Shown: piece by piece, positions 39,292 to 50,800 of the stretch
Layout of the letters: every line of letters starts with the position of its first letter
Numbering within the stretch: the stretch's first letter is position 1
Source: Reclinomonas americana ATCC 50394
Lineage: Eukaryota
Assembly (NCBI GenBank): GCA_048213135.1
Contig: PS015119.1
Coordinates: forward strand, 247,084 to 301,316
DNA: 54,233 bases
Direction: 5' to 3'
The notes under the pieces: model-generated
Seen by the model: only the letters and a program-made list of their open reading frames with translations
Database searches by the model: none
What the model was told of the DNA's origin: nothing
Translations under genes and position numbers: made by a program

Positions 39292-40239
39292 AGAAGAAGA
39301 AGAAGAATCGCCGATTGCAGTGAGTGCAGTGAGTGAGCAAAAAAGAGCAAAGATCCTTGTTGGCGATCCAGTTATAGAGCGAGTGCNNNNNNNNNNNNNN
39401 NNNNNNNNNNNNNNNNNNNNNNNNNNNNNNNNNNNNNNNNNNNNNNNNNNNNNNNNNNNNNNNNNNNNNNNNNNNNNNNNNNNNNNNNNNNNNNNNNNNN
39501 NNNNNNNNNNNNNNNNNNNNNNNNNNNNNNNNNNNNNNNNNNNNNNNNNNNNNNNNNNNNNNNNNNNNNNNNNNNNNNNNNNNNNNNNNNNNNNNNNNNN
39601 NNNNNNNNNNNNNNNNNNNNNNNNNNNNNNNNNNNNNNNNNNNNNNNNNNNNNNNNNNNNNNNNNNNNNNNNNNNNNNNNNNNNNNNNNNNNNNNNNNNN
39701 NNNNNNNNNNNNNNNNNNNNNNNNNNNNNNNNNNNNNNNNNNNNNNNNNNNNNNNNNNNNNNNNNNNNNNNNNNNNNNNNNNNNNNNNNNNNNNNNNNNN
39801 NNNNNNNNNNNNNNNNNNNNNNNNNNNNNNNNNNNNNNNNNNNNNNNNNNNNNNNNNNNNNNNNNNNNNNNNNNNNNNNNNNNNNNNNNNNNNNNNNNNN
39901 NNNNNNNNNNNNNNNNNNNNNNNNNNNNNNNNNNNNNNNNNNNNNNNNNNNNNNNNNNNNNNNNNNNNNNNNNNNNNNNNNNNNNNNNNNNNNNNNNNNN
40001 NNNNNNNNNNNNATCCTGCGTCTGTCACAAAGACACAGTGAGTGAGTGAGAGCTTGACATGCATTCTCTTTCTCTCTCTCTTCTCTTCTCTTCACCAGTG
40101 GTGCTGCTGCTGGAGGAGAAGGAGGAGGAGGAGGAGGAGGAGGAGGAGGCAGGGCACTTGGTGGCCGTGTGCGCGGTCGCGGGCGCCCAGTCAGCGTCGC
40201 AAAGGAGCGCAGAACGCGACCGAGCACTGCGCTCAACAT
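36004..40239 (-). CDS. Deg/HtrA serine protease with PDZ domains (plant DEG10-like, probably mitochondrial); partly in gaps
   Basis: [38 protein letters not shown] (catalytic Ser), GVAFQ, PSYYIVAGLVF, PYIHEWG..PRRL. The Arg-rich N-terminus [14 protein letters not shown] at 40239 is linked to the rest across gaps by inference. Confidence 0.88.
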
Positions 40240-40337
40240 TGAGTTGTGTGGTTACTGTAAATCGTAAATGATCATTTACACAAGTCTGTGTGGGAGAGGA
40301 GAGGAGAAAAGCGAAACAAGAGGAGGAAAAAGCACTT

Positions 40338-42867
40338 CTACATGGCGTATCCGAGGCGTCGTCGCTCAGTCGACATGCTGCGGCCGCTGGGCTCGACGTC
40401 GGGTCGGCGGCGTGTGGCCGAGGTGGATCGCACGGCACTGACGCCGACTGCGCGCGGGCCGGCCAGACTGACGTTGCTGTTGCCGCGTTGAATAGCAGCT
40501 GGTGGTGGTGGCGGCGGCTGGCGGACTCCACTGCTGCGTCGGGCGCCCACGACGCCGGTGCCGGGGCCGTACTTGGAGCCGGCGCGCACGAGGTTGGCCG
40601 TCGTCGCTGTCGGCTCCACTGCATACCCAAAGCCCACACCGGTGTGGTTGCTCGCCGCTTGGCGGCTGCGCCCGCCTCCAGAAGCCGCCGACGCTGCGCC
40701 TGCGCCGTTGCCAAAGTACAGCAGCTGCTGCTGGTACATTTGCTGCTGCTGCTGCTGCGACTGTTGCTGCTGCTGATACCTTGGCGACGCGTACTCCTCC
40801 ACTCCGCTGCCGCGGCCCGACAGTGAACCCTGGCGGTGGTACGACTGGCCCTGCTCAATGGTGCGCTCAAAGTTGTACACCGACGGCTGCACGGCCATGC
40901 CTGCCGAGGCGAAGCCATTGGTGACCGAGTTTCGTCGGCCGTGGCTGGCGAGGCTCAGCCCGCTGCCTCGTCGCCCAGTGGATCCGGATCGCTGCTGTGC
41001 CGGTGCTTGCTGCTGCTGTTGCGGCTGTTGCTGCACTGCAGGAGGTGGCGGTGGCGGCGGCGCTTGTTGCTGCTGTTGTTGGCGACCACCATTGCGAGGA
41101 TTGCTGTTCGAGCGACCCTTGGCCGGCGGCGCCGAGGTGATGGTCATCGGCTGTCCCTGGTAGAACGCCTGACGCATCACCGACGCGTTGAGCTGCGCCT
41201 GCTGCACCTGCGCCTGTGCTTGTGCTTGGGCCTGCAAGTGAATGTCAGTGAGAAAAAAATGGACCATCACGCGTCGTCCTCTGCAGACTACACACTCACC
41301 GCCGCAAACAGCTGCGCACTCGTCCGCGTCCTCTGCTCCAACTGCAACTGCGCGCGCTCCTCCGGCGTCTGCAAATCGTAGTAGAGCTCCTCGTCACGCG
41401 GTGCCGCCCGAGCCGACATGGTCTCTTCCGGCACATAATAGTACACTGGTGCGTACTGACGCGGTGACTTGAGGGCGTCCTTGGGTCGCGGGCCTGCATT
41501 GCCGCCGCGGGCACTGCGCGGCGGCTCTGTCATCAGTGCTTCCGAGTCGGGATTGATGTGCAGCGGTTGTGACAAATCCAACTCCGACGACCGCTTCGTG
41601 ACAATCACAACTTGGCTCGTAGGCCGCACATCACTGGGCGCGGCTGCCATCCCTGCTTTCCCTGGCGTGATTCACATCTTGCTCGTCAGCAACGACACCA
41701 TGTGACGGTAATCATCTCGTCGTAAACATCTCACCTCTGTCGTGGGCAATGCCAGCTCGCGCCGAGACCGGCTGTGACTCGTAACGCGGAGCTCCCGACG
41801 GACCTGCGGTGCTCGCACCAGAAAAGCCATTGACCAGCGAGTCATCGTCATCGTCGTCGTCGTCGTCATTGTCCGTGTCGTCCAACCCGCCGCCGTCAAG
41901 GTGATCGGCCGCTGCCGATCCACCGACGCCAGAGTAGACGGAGGAGCCGTCATCCATGCCGCTCATGACGTCCTCGTCCTCACCGTCGTCATCGTCGTCA
42001 TCATCCTCATCGTCGTCGTCAGAGTGACCGTGAATCACCATAACATCGGCGGCTGGTGCCGAGTTGCGCTTGGGGCCTCGGGCATTCACCGGCGTCGCGT
42101 CATCCTCAGCAGCGCGGCGCGCCAGCGAGGTGGAGGTGTGCGCCGATGCAACGCGGAACGGTCGAGCGTTGCGTTCACCAGGCAGGCTCTTGACCTGCCA
42201 CGGAGATGAGAAACACAATCAAGAGCAGCAGTCATGAATCGCACGGCCACACTCACCAAGGGCGTGCGTGGCGGGCCTGAGGCGCGATTGACGGCCTCGC
42301 GCGCAATAGCCATTGCGGTGTCCGTGCCGTGTCCGCGACCGTAGAATGCCGACATCAAGTGATTGTTGTAGCGATTGGTCTCAAAGTACACCAGGTACTT
42401 GGCGGTGTCGGCGGTGGGGAAGATGCGCTTGAAATCGCCACGGCGAGAGAGCTGTGGGTAGGCAGCAGCAAAGTCAGAGGCCAGCAATACAGGTGAGGAA
42501 TGAGATCCTGTTTCCCCTTCTCACCTCTTCTTCAGTCTCCAGAATAATCTCAATCTCCTCGTCGGTCAGCGTCTCCGGGCGCGTAAAGTCAATCATGTCA
42601 ATGTCGGCAATACTGCGCTTGTGCGGACCCGTCAGGCTGGAGCTGGAGCCACCGTTGCTTCCCGACGACTGGCCCGTGGCCGGATCGAAACCCAACAGGC
42701 GAGTTTGTCTGCACCAAACAAATGAACTGGTCGTGAGTCTCTCTCTCCCTCTCCAAATCTCCCCTACTGTGGCGGTGACGCACCGCTTCTGCTCCGTCTC
42801 ACGTTCGTACTTTTTGCGATTGTACTGCATGAAGCCGAGCATGTTGAAGGTGTTGGTGACGACGGCG
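40338..42867 (-). CDS. Tubulin polyglutamylase TTLL4/5-like, C-terminal portion with a long low-complexity tail; catalytic core not visible
   Basis: VVTNTFNMLG and IILETEEE|LSRRGDFKRIFPT..KYLVYFETNRYNN match the recalled TTLL4 segment after the TTL core (EMEDEFSRRGQFERIFPS..RYLRFFEQPRYFN); truncated by the gap at 42868. Confidence 0.75.
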
Positions 42868-43164
42868 NNNNNNNNNNNNNNNNNNNNNNNNNNNNNNNNN
42901 NNNNNNNNNNNNNNNNNNNNNNNAGGTGGCGCTAATCGACGACTCTCATACAGCGGTCGATAGTGATCCTTCTTCTCTCTTTGTCTTTCTACTCCCCACT
43001 CACTCCGAAAAGAAACGCAAAACCCCGGGTCACATCGACGTCGGCAGCGGGGTGGCAATTGAATGTACTGTGTGTGTATGTGTACACGTGCGAGCACAAA
43101 GGGAGCACGAGTGTGCACGCCATCAATACCACCACTGCCACAGCAGCTTCAGTTTGAAATTGAC

Positions 43165-43704
43165 TTAGCCCTTGCTCTTGTTGAGTTGGTGCACTGTGTG
43201 CAAAGGAACAATGAGCGCGCGCATGAGAGGCACAGAGAGCGTGTGTGAGAGAGTCAACGCAACAGACAATGAGGATCGGCAGCGACACGCCCTGTAACAG
43301 AAGAGGAAGATGCGGACGGAATGTCAGTGCAAGATGCACACCCCAAATGCATCCACGACACACACTAACCGTCAGCGCGTACGCCGCGACACCAGCCAGC
43401 ACACCGGCCTTGGTCGGCGCCTTGTCGGCAAAGTACAGAGGCTGCACAAGAGAGAGTGTACGAGTGAGTGAGTGGCATGGACATCGCACATCTTTCACGT
43501 CACAGCGCTCCCCTCCTCACAACAACGCATGCACACACGCACACACATGAACACCAGTCATGAACAGACACTCGCACAGACACAGAGAGAGCAACGCACG
43601 CGAGACATGGCACACACACACAGAGACGCATGCAACTGACTCACCGGGTTGTGGTGGCCACCACGAGCAACGACGTTCTTCACGAAGCCAGTCAGGCGAG
43701 GCAT
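43165..43704 (-). CDS. COX7C: Cytochrome c oxidase subunit VIIc (yeast Cox8-type), 62 aa, 4 exons
   Basis: Spliced product MPRLTGFVKNVVARGGHHNP|PLYFADKAPTKAGVLAGVAAYALT|GVSLPILIVL|HQLNKSKG*: presequence, one TM helix and a PxxxVxHQL ending as in COX7C. Confidence 0.75.
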
Positions 43705-44338
43705 TTTCTCGAGTTTGAGGGTGTGTGTGAAAGAAGGACAGTCGCACGCGTGACTCATGCCGAATGTCCCGGATCCAACGGCTCGATCAGAAGTGTGGAG
43801 AGAATGGAAGTCGACGATCGCCAGTCGCCCTCAGAGGAGCACATCTCGGAGGAAGACGATGGCGGTGCTCCGTTCACTCATCGCTCACAGATCACCTCGC
43901 AAGCTCGTTGCGTCTCACACACACGCGAAGAGAGAGAATATGAGCTTGGGACAAGTGATCACTGACTCTCTCCTGTGAGCAGCGCCCAAGATGCGTGCCA
44001 AGAAGCTGGAGCCAGCCAAGTTCTGGNNNNNNNNNNNNNNNNNNNNNNNNNNNNNNNNNNNNNNNNNNNNNNNNNNNNNNNNNNNNNNNNNNNNNNNNNN
44101 NNNNNNNNNNNNNNNNNNNNNNNNNNNNNNNNNNNNNNNNNNNNNNNNNNNNNNNNNNNNNNNNNNNNNNNNNNNNNNNNNNNNNNNNNNNNNNNNNNNN
44201 NNNNNNNNNNNNNNNNNNNNNNNNNNNNNNNNNNNNNNNNNNNNNNNNNNNNNNNNNNNNNNNNNNNNNNNNNNNNNNNNNNNNNNNNNNNNNNNNNNNN
44301 NNNNNNNNNNNNNNNNNNNNNNNNNNNNNNNNNNNNNN

Positions 44339-45368
44339 ATTGCTTCTGGAGCTGTTGGACGCTGCTGCTGCTGCGGTAGTAGTCGTGGTCGTGCTGGTCG
44401 AGGTCGTCGTTGATGCCGTGCTTGAGGCGGCCTTGCCACCTCCAGCCGCCGACGGGCCGTCAAAGTACTTTTTGTAGACGACAAAGTTGTTGGCCTGTGG
44501 CGTGTAGTCGCGCAGTCCGTAGTGCTTGGCGAGGAAACCGAGCAGCTTGTGCGACGGTCGATCGTAGGCCAATTGCGACGGCACCACCTTTTCCTCCTGC
44601 ACACACAACAGCGATGAGCGACGATGATAATGATGGTCGACAAGTACAGACGCACCGCCAACATGAACTCAAACAGCTCCTTGCCGAATCCCTGTCGCTG
44701 GCGAGTCGGATGCACGAAAATGTCCAGCACACACAACGGCGACATCTCCTTGTAGGCACCGGTCTCCAGCTGCGCCACCCCCCACGGTCAGCACCACCGA
44801 CGCCCCAACCCACAGAGAAAGGATCGCGTGCGCAACTCGATGGAACAGCTTCTTGTGGCCGACCTTGAGCAAGCCGACGGCGAGACCATCCTCACAGCCG
44901 AGATACAGGTGCTGGTCGGGATTGTTAATCAGGCGACTGGTGGTGGTGATCACTTGACTCAGTCCTTGTGCCTGCAAATTGCCAAGAGTGAGACAAAATG
45001 AAGGAGGTGTGCGTGTGTAGACAGAGAGAGGGCGCACGCGGACCTCTTGCGAGGCCAGGCCCATGCGATCAATGATCCGACTGAGCGAGTCGAACGCATC
45101 GGATCGTCGCGCTCTCAGTTGCGCAAGTCGATCACCGTCCCATCGCGAAAGCCGCTCCGTAAGCAGACGTTTGCAGTGAGCATCCAGCTGCACAAGAGAG
45201 AGTGACACGAGAGAGAGTCAGATCAAGAGGAGATGTCCCTTTCGCCGAATAACACGCATTCGCAGAGGCGCGATGAGAGGCACACAGAGAATGCGACACA
45301 GGCATAGAGAGAGAGAGAGCACAAAGAGCATGCGGGGAGACAGAGGCAACGCGCGCACACACCTCCAT
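44339..45368 (-). CDS. ATAT1: Alpha-tubulin N-acetyltransferase (MEC-17); 3' end runs into a gap
   Basis: [74 protein letters not shown]. Confidence 0.95.
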
Positions 45369-45427
45369 GGCCGTTTCGTTGCGCGTGCCGCTCGTCCTGC
45401 TCCACGTCCTGCACTGCACTTCTATAA

Positions 45428-46537
45428 ATGTCCGTGGGCAAGGTTCTCTCCGGCTACGAGTCATTCCTCACTGGCAACCCATGGGTGGCACGCGAGATGC
45501 ACCAGTCACTCAGCGCAGTCGCCTTTCTCCTGTTCGATCTCAAGTCGCCTGCGCAGTTCGAAGGCGGTCAGTGACACACACTCCGGCATTCTCATCTCCG
45601 CGCGCTCTTTGCTCATCTGTTGTTGTTGTCAGTTCGCTCTGTGGAGTCACTGTTTGAGCTGTTCAACCGCTGGGTGCTGGAGAGACGATCGACGCACCCA
45701 CTGCTGCATCGCCAGTCGCCGACGGCGATCATTCTCAAGCTGATGCGCGTGGTCGAGCTTCCGCTGGATATCGCCCTGGCCACGCATCGCCCGGGCGCGC
45801 CACACACGCGCTTCCTTGTCCTGTGGGAGGCCGTCAAGTCGGCGCTGCGCTTGTGGTCGCTGTGGCGCTACCGTCGAATGCATGTCGATTTCGATGTGGT
45901 GCCTGCAGTGGAGGAGGCGGAGGGAAAGCCGCCTGCAGCGGAGGAGGAGGAAGGCGGCGGTGATGAGGAGGAAGAGGAAGAGGCGTCGGCACTGGTGAAT
46001 CGATTCCGCATTGGTGCCTCGTCGAGTCGGAGACCGCGTCGGCGGCAGGCGGCGAGGCAGGCGGCAACCGTGGCCGCAGGTGCGCCCGAGCGACTGCAGC
46101 CGCACCAGTCGGTCATCACTGCGCGTGTGCATCTGCTGGCCGAGACGCTGCATGCCGTGCGTCCGTTTGTGTACGTGTGTGCGTTGAAGGCGTTTCCGCA
46201 GCGGCGGTGGCTGGCGTGGGCGCTGTCGCTGGCCATCGATCTGCTGTCGCTGCGGTTGCACATGGTGCCGCGAGTGGGCGAGCACGAGACGCCGCCGACG
46301 GCGTTGGAGATGGCGGAGTTGTCGTCGCGGGCTCGCTCGTTGCCGACGACGTACCTGCTGCGCGATCCGCCGTTTGAGTGGATTCTGCGCACGCCACTGG
46401 AGCGCGTCTCGGCCTGGGTCAAGGACAAGACCGAACCCATTCCGCTGGTGCGCATGGTGGGATCGCTGGCCACGTCTATCGTAGACTACACCCTGCAGCT
46501 GCAGCGGTTCTACACGTACACGGCGAATAGCACGTGA
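45428..46537 (+). CDS. PEX16: Peroxisomal membrane protein PEX16 (2 exons)
   Basis: YESFLTGN N-terminus, EAVKSALRL, AETLHAVRPFVY, WLAWALSLAIDLLS, ELSSR...YLLRDPPF, FYTYT C-terminus. Confidence 0.85.
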
Positions 46538-46585
46538 AGTGCGACGGAAATGAACGTCGCTCGTATGTCCTGTTGTGTCTTGTCA

Positions 46586-47750
46586 ATGGAGTTTGAGCGC
46601 AGAGAGCCTGAGATCGCTGGCGGCTCGTCGTCGTCCAGCAAGGTGGTGAGCGACTCCAAGCGGCTAATCATTGTGCTGGAGAATGCGTGTCTGGAGACGG
46701 CCAAAGTTGGTGCGTGTGTGTGTGTGTCCATGTGCACATTCACATCACCAAGCACACACACTCACACTCACTCGGGAGCAGGCGCCGAGTATCAGCTGCT
46801 CAACTCTGACGATCACAAGCACATTCTGATGCGTAACAACCGCGATCCGAAGTTGTACAGGCCCGACATTGTTCATCAGGTTGGTCTCTCAGTAAGAGAG
46901 AGAAAGAGAGAGAGAGAGAGAGATGCACAGAGGGAGAGAGAGGAGGGGGTGAGTGTGTCAGAGAGAGACTCATGGTGTTCCTCTCTCGTCTCACTGTTCC
47001 TCTCTCTCTCTACAGTGCCTTCTGCAACTGCTGGACAGCCCGCTTAACAAGGCTGGCCTGCTGCAAGTGTTCATCCGCACCGTCAACAATGTGCTGATTG
47101 AGGTGAACCCCCGCACACGCATTCCGCGAACCATCAAGCGCTTCAGTGGACTGATGGGTGCGTAATGAGGAGAGCTCTTCGAAGTGTTTCATTAGTGGCT
47201 CATCTGTGGCGCAGTTCAATTGTTGCACAAGCTGAAGATCAGGGCCACCAATGGGCCCGACACGCTGTTGCGCGTGATCAAGAATCCCATCACGGATCAC
47301 TTGCCGACTGTCGGCTGCAAGTTTGGTGCGTACATGCCCTCCTCTTCCTTTGTCTCTTCCCTCCCTATCCTGACTCTCTCGCTGTCTCTTGTGGCTGCTC
47401 CCATGCCTCTTTCTCCTCCTCCTCCTCCGTCTTCTTCTCCCCCTCCCTTCGTCTTCTTTCTCCCCCTCCTCCTCTTTCCTCTTCTTCTCCTCCTTCTCCC
47501 TCCTCACCCCCTTCCCGTCTTCGGCACAGCCGCCTCAATGGACGGACAGCTGGTGAGACTGTCGGAATTCGTGCCGACACTGCCCAAGGACAAGCCGGTG
47601 GTGTTTGTCGTGGGAGCGTACGCACACGGCGATCTGAAGAAGGCCGACTGGATCGAGGAAGAAATCGCCTTCTCGGAGTATCCGCTCAGTGCGGCTGGCG
47701 CGTGCGGCAAGCTGTGCGACGCGTTTGAGGATGTGTGGGACATATTGTAA
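46586..47750 (+). CDS. EMG1: 18S rRNA pseudouridine methyltransferase NEP1/EMG1 (5 exons)
   Basis: [80 protein letters not shown]. Confidence 0.97.
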
Positions 47751-47825
47751 TCATTCAGAATCACCCATTTGCGTCTTCGTTTTCTAACAGTGTGTGCGCG
47801 TCTCTTTTTATGTTCAACATTATTT

Positions 47826-50800
47826 CTATGCTTTGCTGGAGGAGTACCGATGTCGCTGCTGGTACTGGCTGTGAAGATTGCGGAAGATATCCCGGCCGAG
47901 CGGCGACAGCATGAGGTGCAATTGTTGCAACCTGCGAGAGAGCAGGTGAGGTGCAAGTACGTGGGTGGAGAGTGAGGAGTGCATGATGACGCACCCGCTC
48001 TCGTCCGACACATCCATGAGTGCATACGTGCCGAGTGTCATGCGCCGCTTCGCCTCGCCGCCCATGCCATGCTCCTCCAACGTGGTGACATACTTGCCAA
48101 TCAATTGTGGCACGTACAGTCGCAACCAGTTGTTGGTGGCTCGTTGCCGTCCACTCGCTGCGAATAATAATCAGAAACCACACTTATAGAGAGAGAGAGA
48201 GAATTAGGATGATCGCCACTTACCATCGCCACTGGCTTGAGCGGCGGCTGCAGAACGAGACCGTGAATGGTCGTCAACTTGGGCACTGCTGAACGTGCTC
48301 GACACATTCTCCTCCGACGCCAGCTCGTTCATCACCCGCACCACCGCGTCCACGCATTGCAAGTGTACCGCTTCCTGTGTGCGCAAAACATTTGAGCAAC
48401 GAAGCACACACAAACACTCTCTCACATCACCAGCCGCCGCCGACTCAACTGTGCATTCGAACAGTGGACGACCAGCAGCACTTCCACTCATAGGGAAAAC
48501 GCCGACAATCAACACTGCGTGCGAGGTCATGAGCGACGAGAAACATCGTGACACCAGGCGATGTTTGTGCATGCGCAACTCTGCAAGAGTTCCACCAGCA
48601 GACCAATGTTGCTGCTGACAGCGTAGAGACGGTAACGGATCAGCAACATGAGCACTCGTGAGGCCACCTGCAACACTTGCGGGTGGCACAGCAAGCGCAC
48701 AACGCCAGACTTTCGACCAGTCTTGCCCAGCGACGGAGGCGCCACGACTGGAGCACCTGTGCCACACGTGCCAGTGACTGCCACCATCTGCGACTGCAGC
48801 ACGGCTGCCACCTCGGCTGCTGTCACTTGGAATGCCTGTCACAGCAAGGTGAAACAGATTTGAGACTGCTGCATACGTAACAAGAGCAGAGAACGCCCCG
48901 TACCTCTACCCGGCTGATCATGGCACACACGCAGTCGGCGGCCGTCTCGGCGAACGTGGGGAAGTGCGGCGTGCCGGCCAGCAACGCTGTCAGATCAACT
49001 ACATGAGACAGAATCGCCGCCTGCCGATGTCGCAGTATACGCATCGACAGCGATGCTGTTGAAATACGTGGAGGTCAGTGAGAGAGGCACGTAAACAGGA
49101 CTGCACTCGGCGACGTGTTGCGCAACAGTTTGCCGTCTGCAACACAGTGACCAGGAGATGCATGCCCAAGAAGAGTGCCGACTGCTCGCGCTGGCTGCGT
49201 GCACTGTCGGCACCGCGTTGCAGCAACGCAAGCGCCGACGAGTACAGCTGAACGAGAGTTTCGGGTCGCGCTGCTCGCACAATCACTCCGATGCACTCGT
49301 CGAGTTGTGCACAGTTGGGCCACACAGACTTGAGCCACAGCACAAAGGCGGCCACGCGACTGTGCACACTGAGTGGAACGGCGGGCGTCACTTGCGGCAG
49401 CGTATCGCACAGCGAGAACAGCAGGCGCAGCTCCGCTGCCACCGCCTCCTGCGAGTCATGCGATGATGAGCACGAGCATGGCCCTTCTTATGTACATACA
49501 AACGAAAGCGACAGAACTGCAGCTCCGTGCGCCTGAGCATGCCGCGCTAGTGTGCCCACCGTCGAGTGCAGCACACGACCGAGATGGCCGACAATGGGGA
49601 ACGCATCCGCTCGTGACAACTGTGGCGAGGACAGCGCGCACTGCAGCAACGAGTCCAGCACAGAGGACAGGCCGTGCGGTGGCCCCATATCCTCCTTGTT
49701 CTTCTTCTTCTTTTTCTTGTCCTTTTTCTCGTCGACCTCCACGTTGTCGCCCTGTGGGAGCAGACTGACAGTAGCCTCCTGCAATTCGCCAAACTTCTTG
49801 CGCAGCACGTTGTCCCTACTCGAAAGAGACACAATGAACAACGGCATCAACAGCACAAAACGTACACAGCATGCGCCTCCCAACAACACTTACGTGGTGA
49901 ACAGCAGTGGACGGACTCTCACACTCTCCGTAAAGGCGAGCACAATATATCTCGCCAGACGCAGGTCAAAGGACGTTGGCGACCTGTGCATGCATGTCAG
50001 CAGACGCAGAAACTCACAAAGAGGTTTGTCGACAACAACCCACCGGCTTTCCAGCGCTTTGCAAACGGGTTTCACAAAGGCCCTGACGCACTGCTTGGCG
50101 TTCGCCTTGTCCACAAGTGCCTGCTTGTCGTCTCGTCGTCTGTCACCCACTAGGCTGACAAACTCGTGACTGCGCAACGCCAAGAACACGGTAAGTGCGT
50201 GTGTGCGTGGTGGCATGGACGCGCATGCGGGCCAGGAGAACCTCATAGCTCGCACGAAGAACTCCTCTTCTTGCTTCTGGCTTGCCTCATCGTCGGCAAA
50301 CAGCGTGTCGCCCAGTTTCAGCAAATTGACGCGTGTCTGCAGCAGCAATCCGACCGCGCCTCGGTAGGCGACGGCCAGTGTGCCGAGCGCGCCGGATACC
50401 TGCCATGAAGCAAGGCTGGTTGGTGAGAGAGAAAGGGACCCTCCGAAGCTGAAGAGAAGGCACTCACCTCGGGCAAGTGCGGCACAATCGACGCAAGGCA
50501 GATCATGCGCTCCACCAGCAGTCTCCGCAGCGCTTCTTGCTCTTCCTTGTCTTCGTCGATTAGATACGCAGCTGCGTGCACATGCAACGACACGGTTGGT
50601 GCGCTGTCTCCGACTGTCATCAGATTCGCACGCAACTGTCTCCAAGTGCCGAGGGCAGCAGACCGGGTTCAACGCCAACGGCCGTCGGCAGCATCGAAAC
50701 AAATCGCGCCAAGCCAACAATCCGCTGAACAAAACTGTGTTGCGTCGACGATGCCGCGTGCAGTGCCTGGCGACAAAACTTGAAAACGGGCGACTTTTTC

